DNA of 64,000 nucleotides. It comes from an uncultured cyanobacterium. GTDB taxonomy: Bacteria; Cyanobacteriota; Cyanobacteriia; Cyanobacteriales; Cyanobacteriaceae. Position 1 is the first letter of the stretch, and each line of letters starts with the position of its first letter. The stretch is taken from assembly GCA_963749915.1 (NCBI GenBank), contig CAVVOP010000005.1:416001-480000 (forward strand), given 5' to 3'. Below the pieces are notes generated by a model that saw only the letters and a program-made list of their open reading frames with translations, was not told the DNA's origin and made no database searches. Of the stretch, positions 53,664 through 62,791 are shown piece by piece. The position numbers and the translations under genes are program-made.

Positions 53664-54989
53664 CTATAATATTAGCGAAGCTCTTTCTGCCAATAGTGAA
53701 CGTTCACCCTTAACTAAGGTAATATGACCAGCAATAGATTCTTGCTTAAATTTCTCGACAACATATGTTAATCCATTGCTACAAGCATCTACATAAGGAT
53801 TATCAATTTGTTCTATATCCCCTGTTAAAATTACTTTAGTATTTTCTCCCGCTCGAGTGAGAATTGTTTTTACTTCGTGGGGAGTGAGATTTTGAGCTTC
53901 ATCCACAATCAAAAATTGTTTGGGAATAGTACGACCTCGAATATAAGTCAGTGGCTCTATTTTAAGTAAATTTAACTCCATTAATTCTTCATATCCTCGT
54001 CGCCAATGAGGGGGTTTGCCAGTACTTTCTTGGGTATCAAAAATCAAATCTAAATTGTCGTATAAAGGTTGCATCCAAGGAGTTAGCTTTTCCTTTAATT
54101 CTCCTGGTAGATACCCTATATCTCTTCCCATGGGTACCACTGGACGAGAAATTAGGAGTTGATTATATAAGCGTTCATTGGCAACTTTTTCCACTCCAGC
54201 GGCTAAGGCAAGAAGAGTTTTGCCGGTACCAGCTTTACCAACGAGGGTTACTAACTGGATTGAATCTTGCAGTAGTAGTTCAAAGGCAAATCTTTGTTCT
54301 CGATTCCGAGCAGAAATACTGGCCACTGGAGATAACGCAGATTTATGAAGACTGACAATATTACCGTTATTTCCTTCACAAATACCTAAAGCGGTATGGG
54401 AGGTGTTTGTTTCATCGATCAAAGTTATTGCTTGATTCGGAAAAAACTTTGCTTCTACCAGGAGAGAATCTTGTCGATAAAATTTTTGTAATTCGTCAGT
54501 CCCCACTAGTATTTCCGCAGTTCCCGTGTATAGTTCATCGACATTAACTTTGTCTGTTTCATAATCTTCGGTTTTTAAACCCAGTACATCGGCTTTAATC
54601 CGTAAATTGGTATCTTTACTAACTACGATTACTGGACAATTGCACTGTTTTTTCGTGGCGATCGCCACTGCTAGGATCGCATTATCTGCTAGATTTCCCT
54701 CTAGATCTGGTGGTAGGGATTGTAATATTTGCGGATCACACAACGCAACCCTTAAAATACCTCCATCTTCAAGGTCAATACCTTTAGTCAGTGAGCCCTT
54801 TTTACTCAAATTATCAAGGGTACGTGAAACTTGTCGAGCATTACGTCCAATGGCCTCAATTTGTTTTTTAAAGTGATCTATTTCCTCAATAATAGTAATA
54901 GGCAATACCACTTCATTATCCTTGAACGATAGCATTGCATTAGGATCGTGAAGCAATACATTCGTATCGATTACAAAAATCTTTTTCAT
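53664..54989 (-). CDS. PIN-domain plus PhoH ATPase protein (YlaK/PhoH2-like)
   Basis: PIN DTNVLLHD..EE..DNAIL..SKD; Walker A GKAGTGKT; G(Y)LPG, RGRT and DEAQN. Confidence 0.93.
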   Translation of the reverse strand: MKKIFVIDTNVLLHDPNAMLSFKDNEVVLPITIIEEIDHFKKQIEAIGRNARQVSRTLDNLSKKGSLTKGIDLEDGGILRVALCDPQILQSLPPDLEGNLADNAILAVAIATKKQCNCPVIVVSKDTNLRIKADVLGLKTEDYETDKVNVDELYTGTAEILVGTDELQKFYRQDSLLVEAKFFPNQAITLIDETNTSHTALGICEGNNGNIVSLHKSALSPVASISARNREQRFAFELLLQDSIQLVTLVGKAGTGKTLLALAAGVEKVANERLYNQLLISRPVVPMGRDIGYLPGELKEKLTPWMQPLYDNLDLIFDTQESTGKPPHWRRGYEELMELNLLKIEPLTYIRGRTIPKQFLIVDEAQNLTPHEVKTILTRAGENTKVILTGDIEQIDNPYVDACSNGLTYVVEKFKQESIAGHITLVKGERSLLAERASLIL

Positions 54990-55107
54990 GAGGGTTGTGA
55001 GTGAATTAATTAAATTAAATACTTAAATAATGTTCTACTACACGCTTAATGCAAATTAGAGTTAGAAAGCCTTGTAATGGCGTTGATAATTCAAAAAAAT
55101 ACCACTT

Positions 55108-55123
55108 TGTGATTCACATCAGA
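55108..55123. promoter_or_regulatory. Candidate CRP-family binding site upstream of the PIN-PhoH gene
   Basis: TGTGA-TTCACA-TCAGA, one mismatch to TGTGA-N6-TCACA, about 120 bp upstream of the ATG. Confidence 0.5.
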
Positions 55124-55303
55124 CGTTGAGTACTTAATTTAATTATACCAAGAAAGCCTATTAGCTCTCGTAATGCTTGATGATAATAAAGAATGAAGGA
55201 TCAAGAAATAATTATCACTTTACTCGATTTTGGGCTTAAACGAGAAGTATTGTTGTGCTATATTCTGGGAAACTTTTAGCTGGTTGGTTTAACATTATGA
55301 AAA

Positions 55304-56848
55304 TTATTCTGGGGTTTTATCTTTAACATTTTTCACAATCCGGGATAATTCCGTCTTCTCGTCAATACTAATACGAGTGGGAGAGCCGCTAATAATACGC
55401 TCATAGTTCCGAAAAGAATCCTTAATGTCTGGTCCTTCTTTACTGATACTATATTCTCGGATACCTTTGTCATGCCAGGATCCCCTCATTTTAAAAACGT
55501 TGATTGCCCTGGACATTTCTCCTCTAATCTCAACGTACTGCAACATTAAAATCGTGTCGGTAATAGTGGAAATATGGGATTCTGTGATGGAATGGGCACC
55601 CATAAATTGATCGGTGGTATTGGTAAAAAATCCGGTAATTTCTTCCTGTTTAGCGTATCCGGTCACTCCGATGACAAATTGACGAAAAGCATTATTTGTG
55701 ACCCCTCTGGCCAAAGCTGACAAGGAGTCGATGGCAATACGGCTAGGTTTAAATTCAGCAATCTCGCATTTAATCATCTGTAAATGATCCTCTAACCCTG
55801 CCGATTCAGGATAAGAACATAATAATTTCAAGAGTCCTTTTTGTTCCATTTCTTCAAAATCAATACCCCATGAAGAGGCATTACGAGACAGTTGTGCCCG
55901 CGATTCTTCATAGGCGAATAAAATTGCTTTTTCTCCTTGTCGGCAACCTTCTTCTAAAAATTTACTAACTAACAGGGTTTTGCCGGTGCCTGTAGCACCT
56001 GTAGCCAAAATGATGGAATCCTTAAAGAAACCGCCCCCGCACATCTGATCAAGGGTTTTAATCCCAGAGGAACTGCGAGTGTTGGAGGATCTTTGGGTGA
56101 GTTGCATAGCACCAAGGGGAAAGATATTAATACCGTCGCCGGTGATTGTAAAAGGATATTCCCCTTTCATGTGGGTTGTACCTCGTAACTTTAATATTTC
56201 AGCCGTCCGTCTTCTTCTTTCTCCTTCTAATACATTGCGCACAATTACCACGTTATCCGACACAAATTCTTCGACGCCAAACCTTGCAACAGGTCCATAT
56301 TCTTCGAGTCTTTCGGTGGTCATTACAGATGTTACGCCCAATAATTTTAATCTAGCTACGAGGCGGAAGATTTCCCTTCTAACAACGGAAGCGGCATCGT
56401 ATTGTTGAAAAACGGCGGTAACCGAGTCGATAGATACCAATTTGGCTTGATATTTTTTGACAGCATATTGGATTCTTTCAATTAAAGCTGACAGATCAAA
56501 GTTACCAACGACTTCTTGCCCTTCAGGATCTGGTGATGCGTCTAATATAAATAGTTTACCTTCGTCAATTAAACTTTGTAAATCCCATCCAAAACTATAG
56601 GCATTTTGAATAATATCATTGGGAGATTCTTCGAAGGTAATAAATAAACCTGGATATTGAAAATATTTGATACCATGATATAAAAACTGGATGGCAAAAA
56701 GGGTTTTTCCAGTACCGGAAGTCCCACTAATAAGAGTGGTTCTACCTATGGGTAAACCACCATGAGTTATTTCATCAAACCCTTCGATCATAGTGCGAAT
56801 TTTTTTTACCCCTTTTGCTTTTAATTCTTCTTTTTTTATAAGACTCAT
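55304..56848 (-). CDS. kaiC: Circadian clock protein KaiC
   Basis: Two P-loops (GTSGTGKT and GATGTGKT); phosphosite motif SHISTITD intact. Confidence 0.99.
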   Translation of the reverse strand: MSLIKKEELKAKGVKKIRTMIEGFDEITHGGLPIGRTTLISGTSGTGKTLFAIQFLYHGIKYFQYPGLFITFEESPNDIIQNAYSFGWDLQSLIDEGKLFILDASPDPEGQEVVGNFDLSALIERIQYAVKKYQAKLVSIDSVTAVFQQYDAASVVRREIFRLVARLKLLGVTSVMTTERLEEYGPVARFGVEEFVSDNVVIVRNVLEGERRRRTAEILKLRGTTHMKGEYPFTITGDGINIFPLGAMQLTQRSSNTRSSSGIKTLDQMCGGGFFKDSIILATGATGTGKTLLVSKFLEEGCRQGEKAILFAYEESRAQLSRNASSWGIDFEEMEQKGLLKLLCSYPESAGLEDHLQMIKCEIAEFKPSRIAIDSLSALARGVTNNAFRQFVIGVTGYAKQEEITGFFTNTTDQFMGAHSITESHISTITDTILMLQYVEIRGEMSRAINVFKMRGSWHDKGIREYSISKEGPDIKDSFRNYERIISGSPTRISIDEKTELSRIVKNVKDKTPE

Positions 56849-56919
56849 TGTTTAAATTAAGATTAAATTATTTATTTTAAAAAGTAGCTTTATTATGATT
56901 AGATAATGTTCAAATTAAG

Positions 56920-57225
56920 TTATTCTCGATCCCGGATTTCTTCATAAAGTAAATCTAAACCAATCAAAACTTTTTCTCTATCAGAAAGATCCCCGATAAT
57001 TTTACGCACGGGGGGAGGTAAAACTTTAGAGAGGGTTGGAGTCGCTAAAATTTTATCTTCTTCTGCTAGTTGAGGATTTTTTAAAACATCAATAACTTTA
57101 AGGGCATAAACTCCTTTAAACTCTTCCTCAAGGATGTCTTTTAAGGTTTTTAATGCTCGGACGGAATTAGGTGTATTCCCCGCTACATATAATTTAAGTA
57201 CATAAGTTTTTTTTAAAGGACTCAT
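56920..57225 (-). CDS. kaiB: Circadian clock protein KaiB
   Basis: [17 protein letters not shown] and [12 protein letters not shown] motifs. Confidence 0.99.
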   Translation of the reverse strand: MSPLKKTYVLKLYVAGNTPNSVRALKTLKDILEEEFKGVYALKVIDVLKNPQLAEEDKILATPTLSKVLPPPVRKIIGDLSDREKVLIGLDLLYEEIRDRE

Positions 57226-57281
57226 AAAGATTGTTAAATCAATTATTTATTATGTTTTATATTTTATTCTTGTTTTTGTCT

Positions 57282-58253
57282 TTAATCGATCGGAAATAGA
57301 ACTTCAAAAGGGAGATCTTCTTTGGGAATAGAACGGCGATACATTTCACAAAGATGTGCAATAATATCAATTAATGCTAAACGATAATCTATCAATATAT
57401 CTTCATTTCTCCCCTCTAATTTTAATTGTTGCGCAAATTCATCCATTAATTCCATATGAATTTCTAAGATTTGAGATACAGATAAGTCAGCAAAGAAGGC
57501 TTGGTTAACGAATTGATCTATGGCTTGATTTACCTCACTTTCTGCTCTAAAATACTCTAAAATAATATCCCTATAATCTACTCTTAATTGCTTAATTAAT
57601 TCATTTTTTTCAGTTTGAGCAAGATAACGATAAAAACAATTGGGGTTTCTATTATAATAAACCCCTAAATATCCTAGTCTTTCTTTCAGTTTTTCTGCCA
57701 ATCTTCTTTGTTGTAACAGTAAAAAATTCTGTTTTTGTTCTATTTGTTTTGATGTTTGATGACTATGGGGATTTTCAATAATTGAACAACTAGGTGCAAG
57801 ATGCAAAAATTGGGCAATGGCTTTATCAATATAATTAATGATATTCCCCATTTGTCTTAATCTTATTCTCACTTCGGCAGTATGGTAAAGATGATGAACG
57901 GAATCGGATTCTCCGAGAATATCTTTATTTTGCTTAGTGTCTGAACCCATTATGGAGGATTCTGTGGATAAATCGAGATCGTCAGGTTCAAGAATAATGG
58001 CGGGCAAGATTAATCCTTGTTCATAAAATTCGTTGATTATGGATGTGCTAACATTATCATTGAGAATGATTAAACAGTCTAATTTTTCTTTATTATCTAC
58101 GACAAATTCTTTTAGTTCTATTACAGAGTTTAGTATGTGCAAATGATAGCGATCGCACACGGACAATTTACCATCTCCACTCAATAACTGGGTTAGAGAG
58201 TGAACAATTTGCACTACGGGAACAAAAATACAAATGGACAATCGAGAAGACAA
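57282..58253 (-). CDS. kaiA: Circadian clock protein KaiA
   Basis: QQRRLAEKLKERLGYLGVYY and IIAHLCEMYRRSIP; TTG start. Confidence 0.97.
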   Translation of the reverse strand: MSSRLSICIFVPVVQIVHSLTQLLSGDGKLSVCDRYHLHILNSVIELKEFVVDNKEKLDCLIILNDNVSTSIINEFYEQGLILPAIILEPDDLDLSTESSIMGSDTKQNKDILGESDSVHHLYHTAEVRIRLRQMGNIINYIDKAIAQFLHLAPSCSIIENPHSHQTSKQIEQKQNFLLLQQRRLAEKLKERLGYLGVYYNRNPNCFYRYLAQTEKNELIKQLRVDYRDIILEYFRAESEVNQAIDQFVNQAFFADLSVSQILEIHMELMDEFAQQLKLEGRNEDILIDYRLALIDIIAHLCEMYRRSIPKEDLPFEVLFPID

Positions 58254-58411
58254 AAGATTTTATTTATTACTCTAAATTATTGACTCTGCTATATGTTAGC
58301 CTGACAGGGAATTAATTAGCAATTACCAACTAATTGACAATGAACAATTATTTTCTTAACAGGCAAGATGCCTGTAAAATTAACCGAGGTGACCTAAATA
58401 AATATTAATAT

Positions 58412-58825
58412 TTAGGAAGAAAAATTATTAAGTATGGGACGATTAAAGGATGATTCCATGATCCGAAAGGGTTTTTCGTGCCAATCCACGGCCCAATTTT
58501 GCTCATTTAAGTATTTGAGTAAAGGCATGACTAATTCTAGGTTGCGACAAAACCAATATTGTTTTTCTTGCTCCTGATCTGTAAAAATGATTTGATATTG
58601 ATAAGCATAACCTAATGTTCTTAGTAACCCAGGATATTTTTTTAACTCTCGTTTTATTTGTGATTGAGAGTAGGTGATAATACTATTTTTTTGAAAGTGA
58701 TAAGGGATTTTTACCTGGGGTTTCGGAGATTGTTTTAAGGGTGTAGAAGCATTAATCTTCTCCGGATATATAATTACTTTTGGCTTGGGTTTTTTAGGAT
58801 AAAAGGGAAACATTATCTTCACCAT
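58412..58825 (-). CDS. Hypothetical protein
   Basis: 137-aa ORF filling the intergenic gap; no family recognised. Confidence 0.55.
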   Translation of the reverse strand: MVKIMFPFYPKKPKPKVIIYPEKINASTPLKQSPKPQVKIPYHFQKNSIITYSQSQIKRELKKYPGLLRTLGYAYQYQIIFTDQEQEKQYWFCRNLELVMPLLKYLNEQNWAVDWHEKPFRIMESSFNRPILNNFSS

Positions 58826-58899
58826 GGGGGAATGAGAGAATAGGAAAAAAATTTTTGATTACAATGAAATTCAATCAATTTTTTTTGGGCTGTAAGTAC

Positions 58900-60210
58900 T
58901 TAATAATAATAATTGGAAGATTGAAGGTTTGTTTCTGGTGCAAATGCTAACCATAAAGGAAATTTTAGCAAGGACAGACTGACGTTGTCATCGCTTTGAT
59001 CCATTATTACCAATGGTAAATCTTTTTCTTCCAAAATACGATCGCCTTTCTGGATGAGGGACTCTGGTGTTTCAAACAAGACGACCCCACGATTGGGACC
59101 AAAATCACTGCGAGAAATACCTAAACAATCCTGTAAACCTCTGCGCCATTCCCCCAATCTCTCCGGTGTATCCGCCAAGATTAAAGTTCGACTGCGATCG
59201 CCATATAATTTATAAAGAATAGATATAATAGCCGAAGCCACTAAAATATTTTGTAATCTAGTTCCCATACTGCGTAAAGCACCTCGTCCCCCCAGGGTAA
59301 AAAACCATTCAGCCACCCTTTCAGCGTGAATAGGTTCAAAAGTGCGGCGTAATTGCCAAGGTGAGCCATAATAATCAGGTTTCGTGCGATATTGGTCCAA
59401 TAAACTACGAATTTGACGAGTTTCCTCCTTAAAGTTTTTTTCCACAAATTGGGGATTAGGGTTATTATTTTGTGTACTATAAGTAGTATCGTCAGAGGCT
59501 TCCCATGATTGAGAAGGAGTGTTAGATAACTCCAATTGTTCGGCGGCGGCGGCTAAATCCTGTAAACTACCGACTAAATAATCTTTAAAACCTTGAACTC
59601 GAATAGCCAAGTCCTGAGAAACTCCAGAAAAAGTGGTCTTCATTTCCCGTTCAATTTTTTCCCGACGGCGCTCTAATTTTTGTATGGTTAATTCTAAGTT
59701 TTGTTTTTTTTCTTCTAACTCTTTTAAGCCTTCTTGAACTAATAAATTGAGGCTGGAAGTAATAGCTTCTTGCTGGTTAATTAATTCTTGTTTTTTTTGT
59801 TGCAAAACCTGAATTTCTGTGATTAATTTATCGGGTTTATTCTTTATATTCTTTTCAATTTTATCTTCAGATTCTGATAATAATGTGATAGGTTGATCCT
59901 GTTCATTTTTCGATGAGGAATGAATATCTGTTTCATCTAATAAATCAGTATTTATTTCTTCTAAGTCTAATGTAGATAAATTAGTTTCTGCTAAATTTTC
60001 TGTAGATAATTTCCCACTAATTAACTCTTTTTTTTCATTATCTATAGGTAGTTCTAAAGAAGTATTTTCCGTTGATTCTTCTGTTATGTTCTCTTCTAAT
60101 GGTGTCTCAAGGTTATCTTGTTTATTTGATTGCATTTCCCACAAATCATTATCATTGAAACTTTCTAAATTAACATTTTGATCTTGATTATCTTTGTTGT
60201 GATCTGACAT
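58900..60210 (-). CDS. DUF3086-family protein
   Basis: Acidic N-terminus, coiled coil, RVQGFKDYLVGSLQDL and PDYYGSPWQLRRTFE. Confidence 0.85.
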   Translation of the reverse strand: MSDHNKDNQDQNVNLESFNDNDLWEMQSNKQDNLETPLEENITEESTENTSLELPIDNEKKELISGKLSTENLAETNLSTLDLEEINTDLLDETDIHSSSKNEQDQPITLLSESEDKIEKNIKNKPDKLITEIQVLQQKKQELINQQEAITSSLNLLVQEGLKELEEKKQNLELTIQKLERRREKIEREMKTTFSGVSQDLAIRVQGFKDYLVGSLQDLAAAAEQLELSNTPSQSWEASDDTTYSTQNNNPNPQFVEKNFKEETRQIRSLLDQYRTKPDYYGSPWQLRRTFEPIHAERVAEWFFTLGGRGALRSMGTRLQNILVASAIISILYKLYGDRSRTLILADTPERLGEWRRGLQDCLGISRSDFGPNRGVVLFETPESLIQKGDRILEEKDLPLVIMDQSDDNVSLSLLKFPLWLAFAPETNLQSSNYYY

Positions 60211-60270
60211 AATAATTTTTATAATTGTTTAATTATAAATAAATTTTAAAAAAATTATCTTGAATATAAA

Positions 60271-60654
60271 TTATTTTTTTTGAGAACAATATTTTTCTAA
60301 ACATTCTCTTAAGGTATTAGCATCAAAGATAATAGGTAAAAAATGAATACTTTTCACTTCTTTAAAGTATAACAAAATAGGTACAGATTGCCAATATATT
60401 TTCCAATTTTCCCACTCGGTATAAGGAAAAGTTCTAATATTTTTTTCCCCACGGTAAACATCTAAAGCAGTAGGGGTAAATGTTAATTTAATTAGATTTG
60501 TTTGAACTAATAAAAATACCCCAAAAATGGTAACTACTAATCCGACTATCATTGACCATAAAGTTAAGGCAATGCCACTGATGATGATTACTGTGGGAAT
60601 ATTATAATTAGGTCTTAAGGTGATGCTATCGGGGGTTAAAACAGTACTTTTCAT
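60271..60654 (-). CDS. DUF3119-family membrane protein
   Basis: FPY.EW.NW and YFKEVKSIHFLPIIFD motifs. ATG 60654 preferred. Confidence 0.85.
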   Translation of the reverse strand: MKSTVLTPDSITLRPNYNIPTVIIISGIALTLWSMIVGLVVTIFGVFLLVQTNLIKLTFTPTALDVYRGEKNIRTFPYTEWENWKIYWQSVPILLYFKEVKSIHFLPIIFDANTLRECLEKYCSQKK

Positions 60655-60838
60655 TACTTTTTTCTGGGAAATATTTATTGAATACAATATTTATTGTATA
60701 GCAATTTTTATGGTTAATTAAAGCCTACTGAAAAACTTTTTCGATCAGGCTTTTAGATTCCTATAGCCGAAACCTAATTGTTAATTGTCGAAGAATCGAC
60801 TATAATCTCACTCAGTTAATTATAAGAGGTTATAGTAT

Positions 60839-61015
60839 ATGCCGTACACCAGAGATGATGGGGGCAGAATTAATAATTTTGCCAATGAACCAAAAGTTTA
60901 TTCAGCTGAACCACCTACCACAAAAGAAAAACGGAACTATGTTCTTCTTGGAGTTATTGGTGTTCTTCTCGTTGTGGGAGTAATTACCATCGCCGTTTTT
61001 GCTTCTAATATGTAA
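60839..61015 (+). CDS. psb34: Photosystem II assembly factor Psb34 (Ssl1498 family), 58 aa, absent from the ORF track
   Basis: MPYTRDDGGRINNFANEPKVYSAEPPTTKEKRNYVLLGVIGVLLVVGVITIAVFASNM; GAGG SD upstream. Confidence 0.9.
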   Translation: MPYTRDDGGRINNFANEPKVYSAEPPTTKEKRNYVLLGVIGVLLVVGVITIAVFASNM

Positions 61016-61040
61016 ATATGTAGTATAAAATCATAAATTT

Positions 61041-61068
61041 AAGGGTTAATGTCATTAACCCTTTCTTT
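61041..61068 (+). terminator. Intrinsic terminator after psb34
   Basis: AAGGGTTAAT-GTC-ATTAACCCTT followed by TCTTT. Confidence 0.7.
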
Positions 61069-61086
61069 GCTCGATGGTAACTATAG

Positions 61087-62553
61087 TTAAACTAAAATTA
61101 AACTACTACGAGGGGGTAAAGTTAAAGATAATATGGAATTTCCTGGGATTTTATTGCTTAAAAATGAGCCTTCTCCAAAGATAATTTTATCGATATTTCC
61201 CTCCCATTCTAAGGTTATTTCCTGTAAGTTAGTATCTATATTAACCGCTATTATTATTGTTTCTTGGTCTAAATTACGACTAAAAATATAGATGTTTTCT
61301 TCGGCTTTTAATACTTGATATTTACCCCGTCTTAAAGCAGGATATTCATGTCTTAACTGAATTAATTTTTTATGGTAATTCCACAGATTTTGATTCCCTT
61401 CTTGAAAGTCGGGAAAACTACGCCGTGAGTCAGGATCAAAACCTCCCTGTAACCCTATTTCATCTCCATAATAAATACTAGGTGCCCCAGGAAAGGTCAA
61501 TAATAATAAGGTAGATAATTCTACAGTTTTGATGTCATCTCCCGCAATGGTTAACAATCGTGCTGTATCATGACTGGCTAATAAGTTAAGTTGAGTTAGG
61601 GTTATTTCCCAATGGTAGAGGTTAAGTAAATGTTCTATTTTTTCTTGATATTCTTGAGCATTAATAGCAGGATAGGGATAATAGGAGGGTATTTCCACAT
61701 GTTCTCTTAAAATACGATCGCCACCACAAAAAGCTATAGTTGCCTCAGTGAAAAGATAATTCATCACTCCGTCAAATTGATTACCATCTAACCATTGACG
61801 TGCATCCGTCCAAATTTCTCCGACAATATAGGCGTTTGGATTAATGGCTTTAACTCTGGTGCGAAATTCCTGCCAAAAACCCTCTTCTTTCACTTCATTG
61901 GGGACATCTAACCGCCATCCGTCAATGCCCTGATTTAACCAATATTCTGCTACTTGCATGATATATTCTTTAACCTGCGGATTACGGTGATTAAATTGGG
62001 GTAAAGCACGATTATCAACCCAACTCCCATAATTGGCAGGCAAAGATCCATCATAGGCAGAAAGAGGCCATCCCTCAATGTCAAACCAATCTAACCAAGG
62101 GGAATGAGGACCATTTTCGAGAATGTCATTAAAAAAGAAAAATCCTCGCCCTACATGATTAAAAACCCCATCTAAAACCACTTTAATGTTTCTGTTATGT
62201 GCCTGTTGCAAAAATTCAGCAAAGGCATAATTACCCCCTAAAAGAGGATCAATTTGGTAGTAATCATGAGTGTGGTAACGATGGTTACAGGTAGATTGAA
62301 AAATGGGGGTAAAATAAATGGCATTAATGCCTAAATCTTGGAGGTAGTCTAGTTGATCTATAACTCCCCAAAAGTTACCACCTTTATATTTTTGTGGGGT
62401 AGGGAGAGTTTCCCATGATTCTAGGTTGGATGATTGCCAATAATGATTATAGGGGTAAAGTGGATTTCCTTTGGCGAATCGATCGGGAAATATTTGATAA
62501 AAAACAGCATCTTTAACCCAATCTGGAGTATTAATATTCGTGGGAATTGTCAT
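61087..62553 (-). CDS. GH13 neopullulanase-like glycoside hydrolase
   Basis: FYQIFPDRF, DGVFNH, DGWRLDV, GEIW, SHD and YYGDE motifs. Confidence 0.93.
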   Translation of the reverse strand: MTIPTNINTPDWVKDAVFYQIFPDRFAKGNPLYPYNHYWQSSNLESWETLPTPQKYKGGNFWGVIDQLDYLQDLGINAIYFTPIFQSTCNHRYHTHDYYQIDPLLGGNYAFAEFLQQAHNRNIKVVLDGVFNHVGRGFFFFNDILENGPHSPWLDWFDIEGWPLSAYDGSLPANYGSWVDNRALPQFNHRNPQVKEYIMQVAEYWLNQGIDGWRLDVPNEVKEEGFWQEFRTRVKAINPNAYIVGEIWTDARQWLDGNQFDGVMNYLFTEATIAFCGGDRILREHVEIPSYYPYPAINAQEYQEKIEHLLNLYHWEITLTQLNLLASHDTARLLTIAGDDIKTVELSTLLLLTFPGAPSIYYGDEIGLQGGFDPDSRRSFPDFQEGNQNLWNYHKKLIQLRHEYPALRRGKYQVLKAEENIYIFSRNLDQETIIIAVNIDTNLQEITLEWEGNIDKIIFGEGSFLSNKIPGNSILSLTLPPRSSLILV

Positions 62554-62791
62554 TAGTTAATTAGGGTTTGCTAAAAATTTAAATCTCAGTAAAACTAATT
62601 TTAAACACAGATTTTTGACTGAAATCAGGAGGAGTAAACATAGTACTCGACTCTCTACTTTTTCCGTATAACCGGATAATTACTCAAATTATAGGTGTAA
62701 AATGCCAATAAAAACTTCTGAAAATGGTGTAGATGCCGAATTTTCTATTAAGATAAAGTTTATTTAAGCCATAATTTACTAGTCTTCCTTT

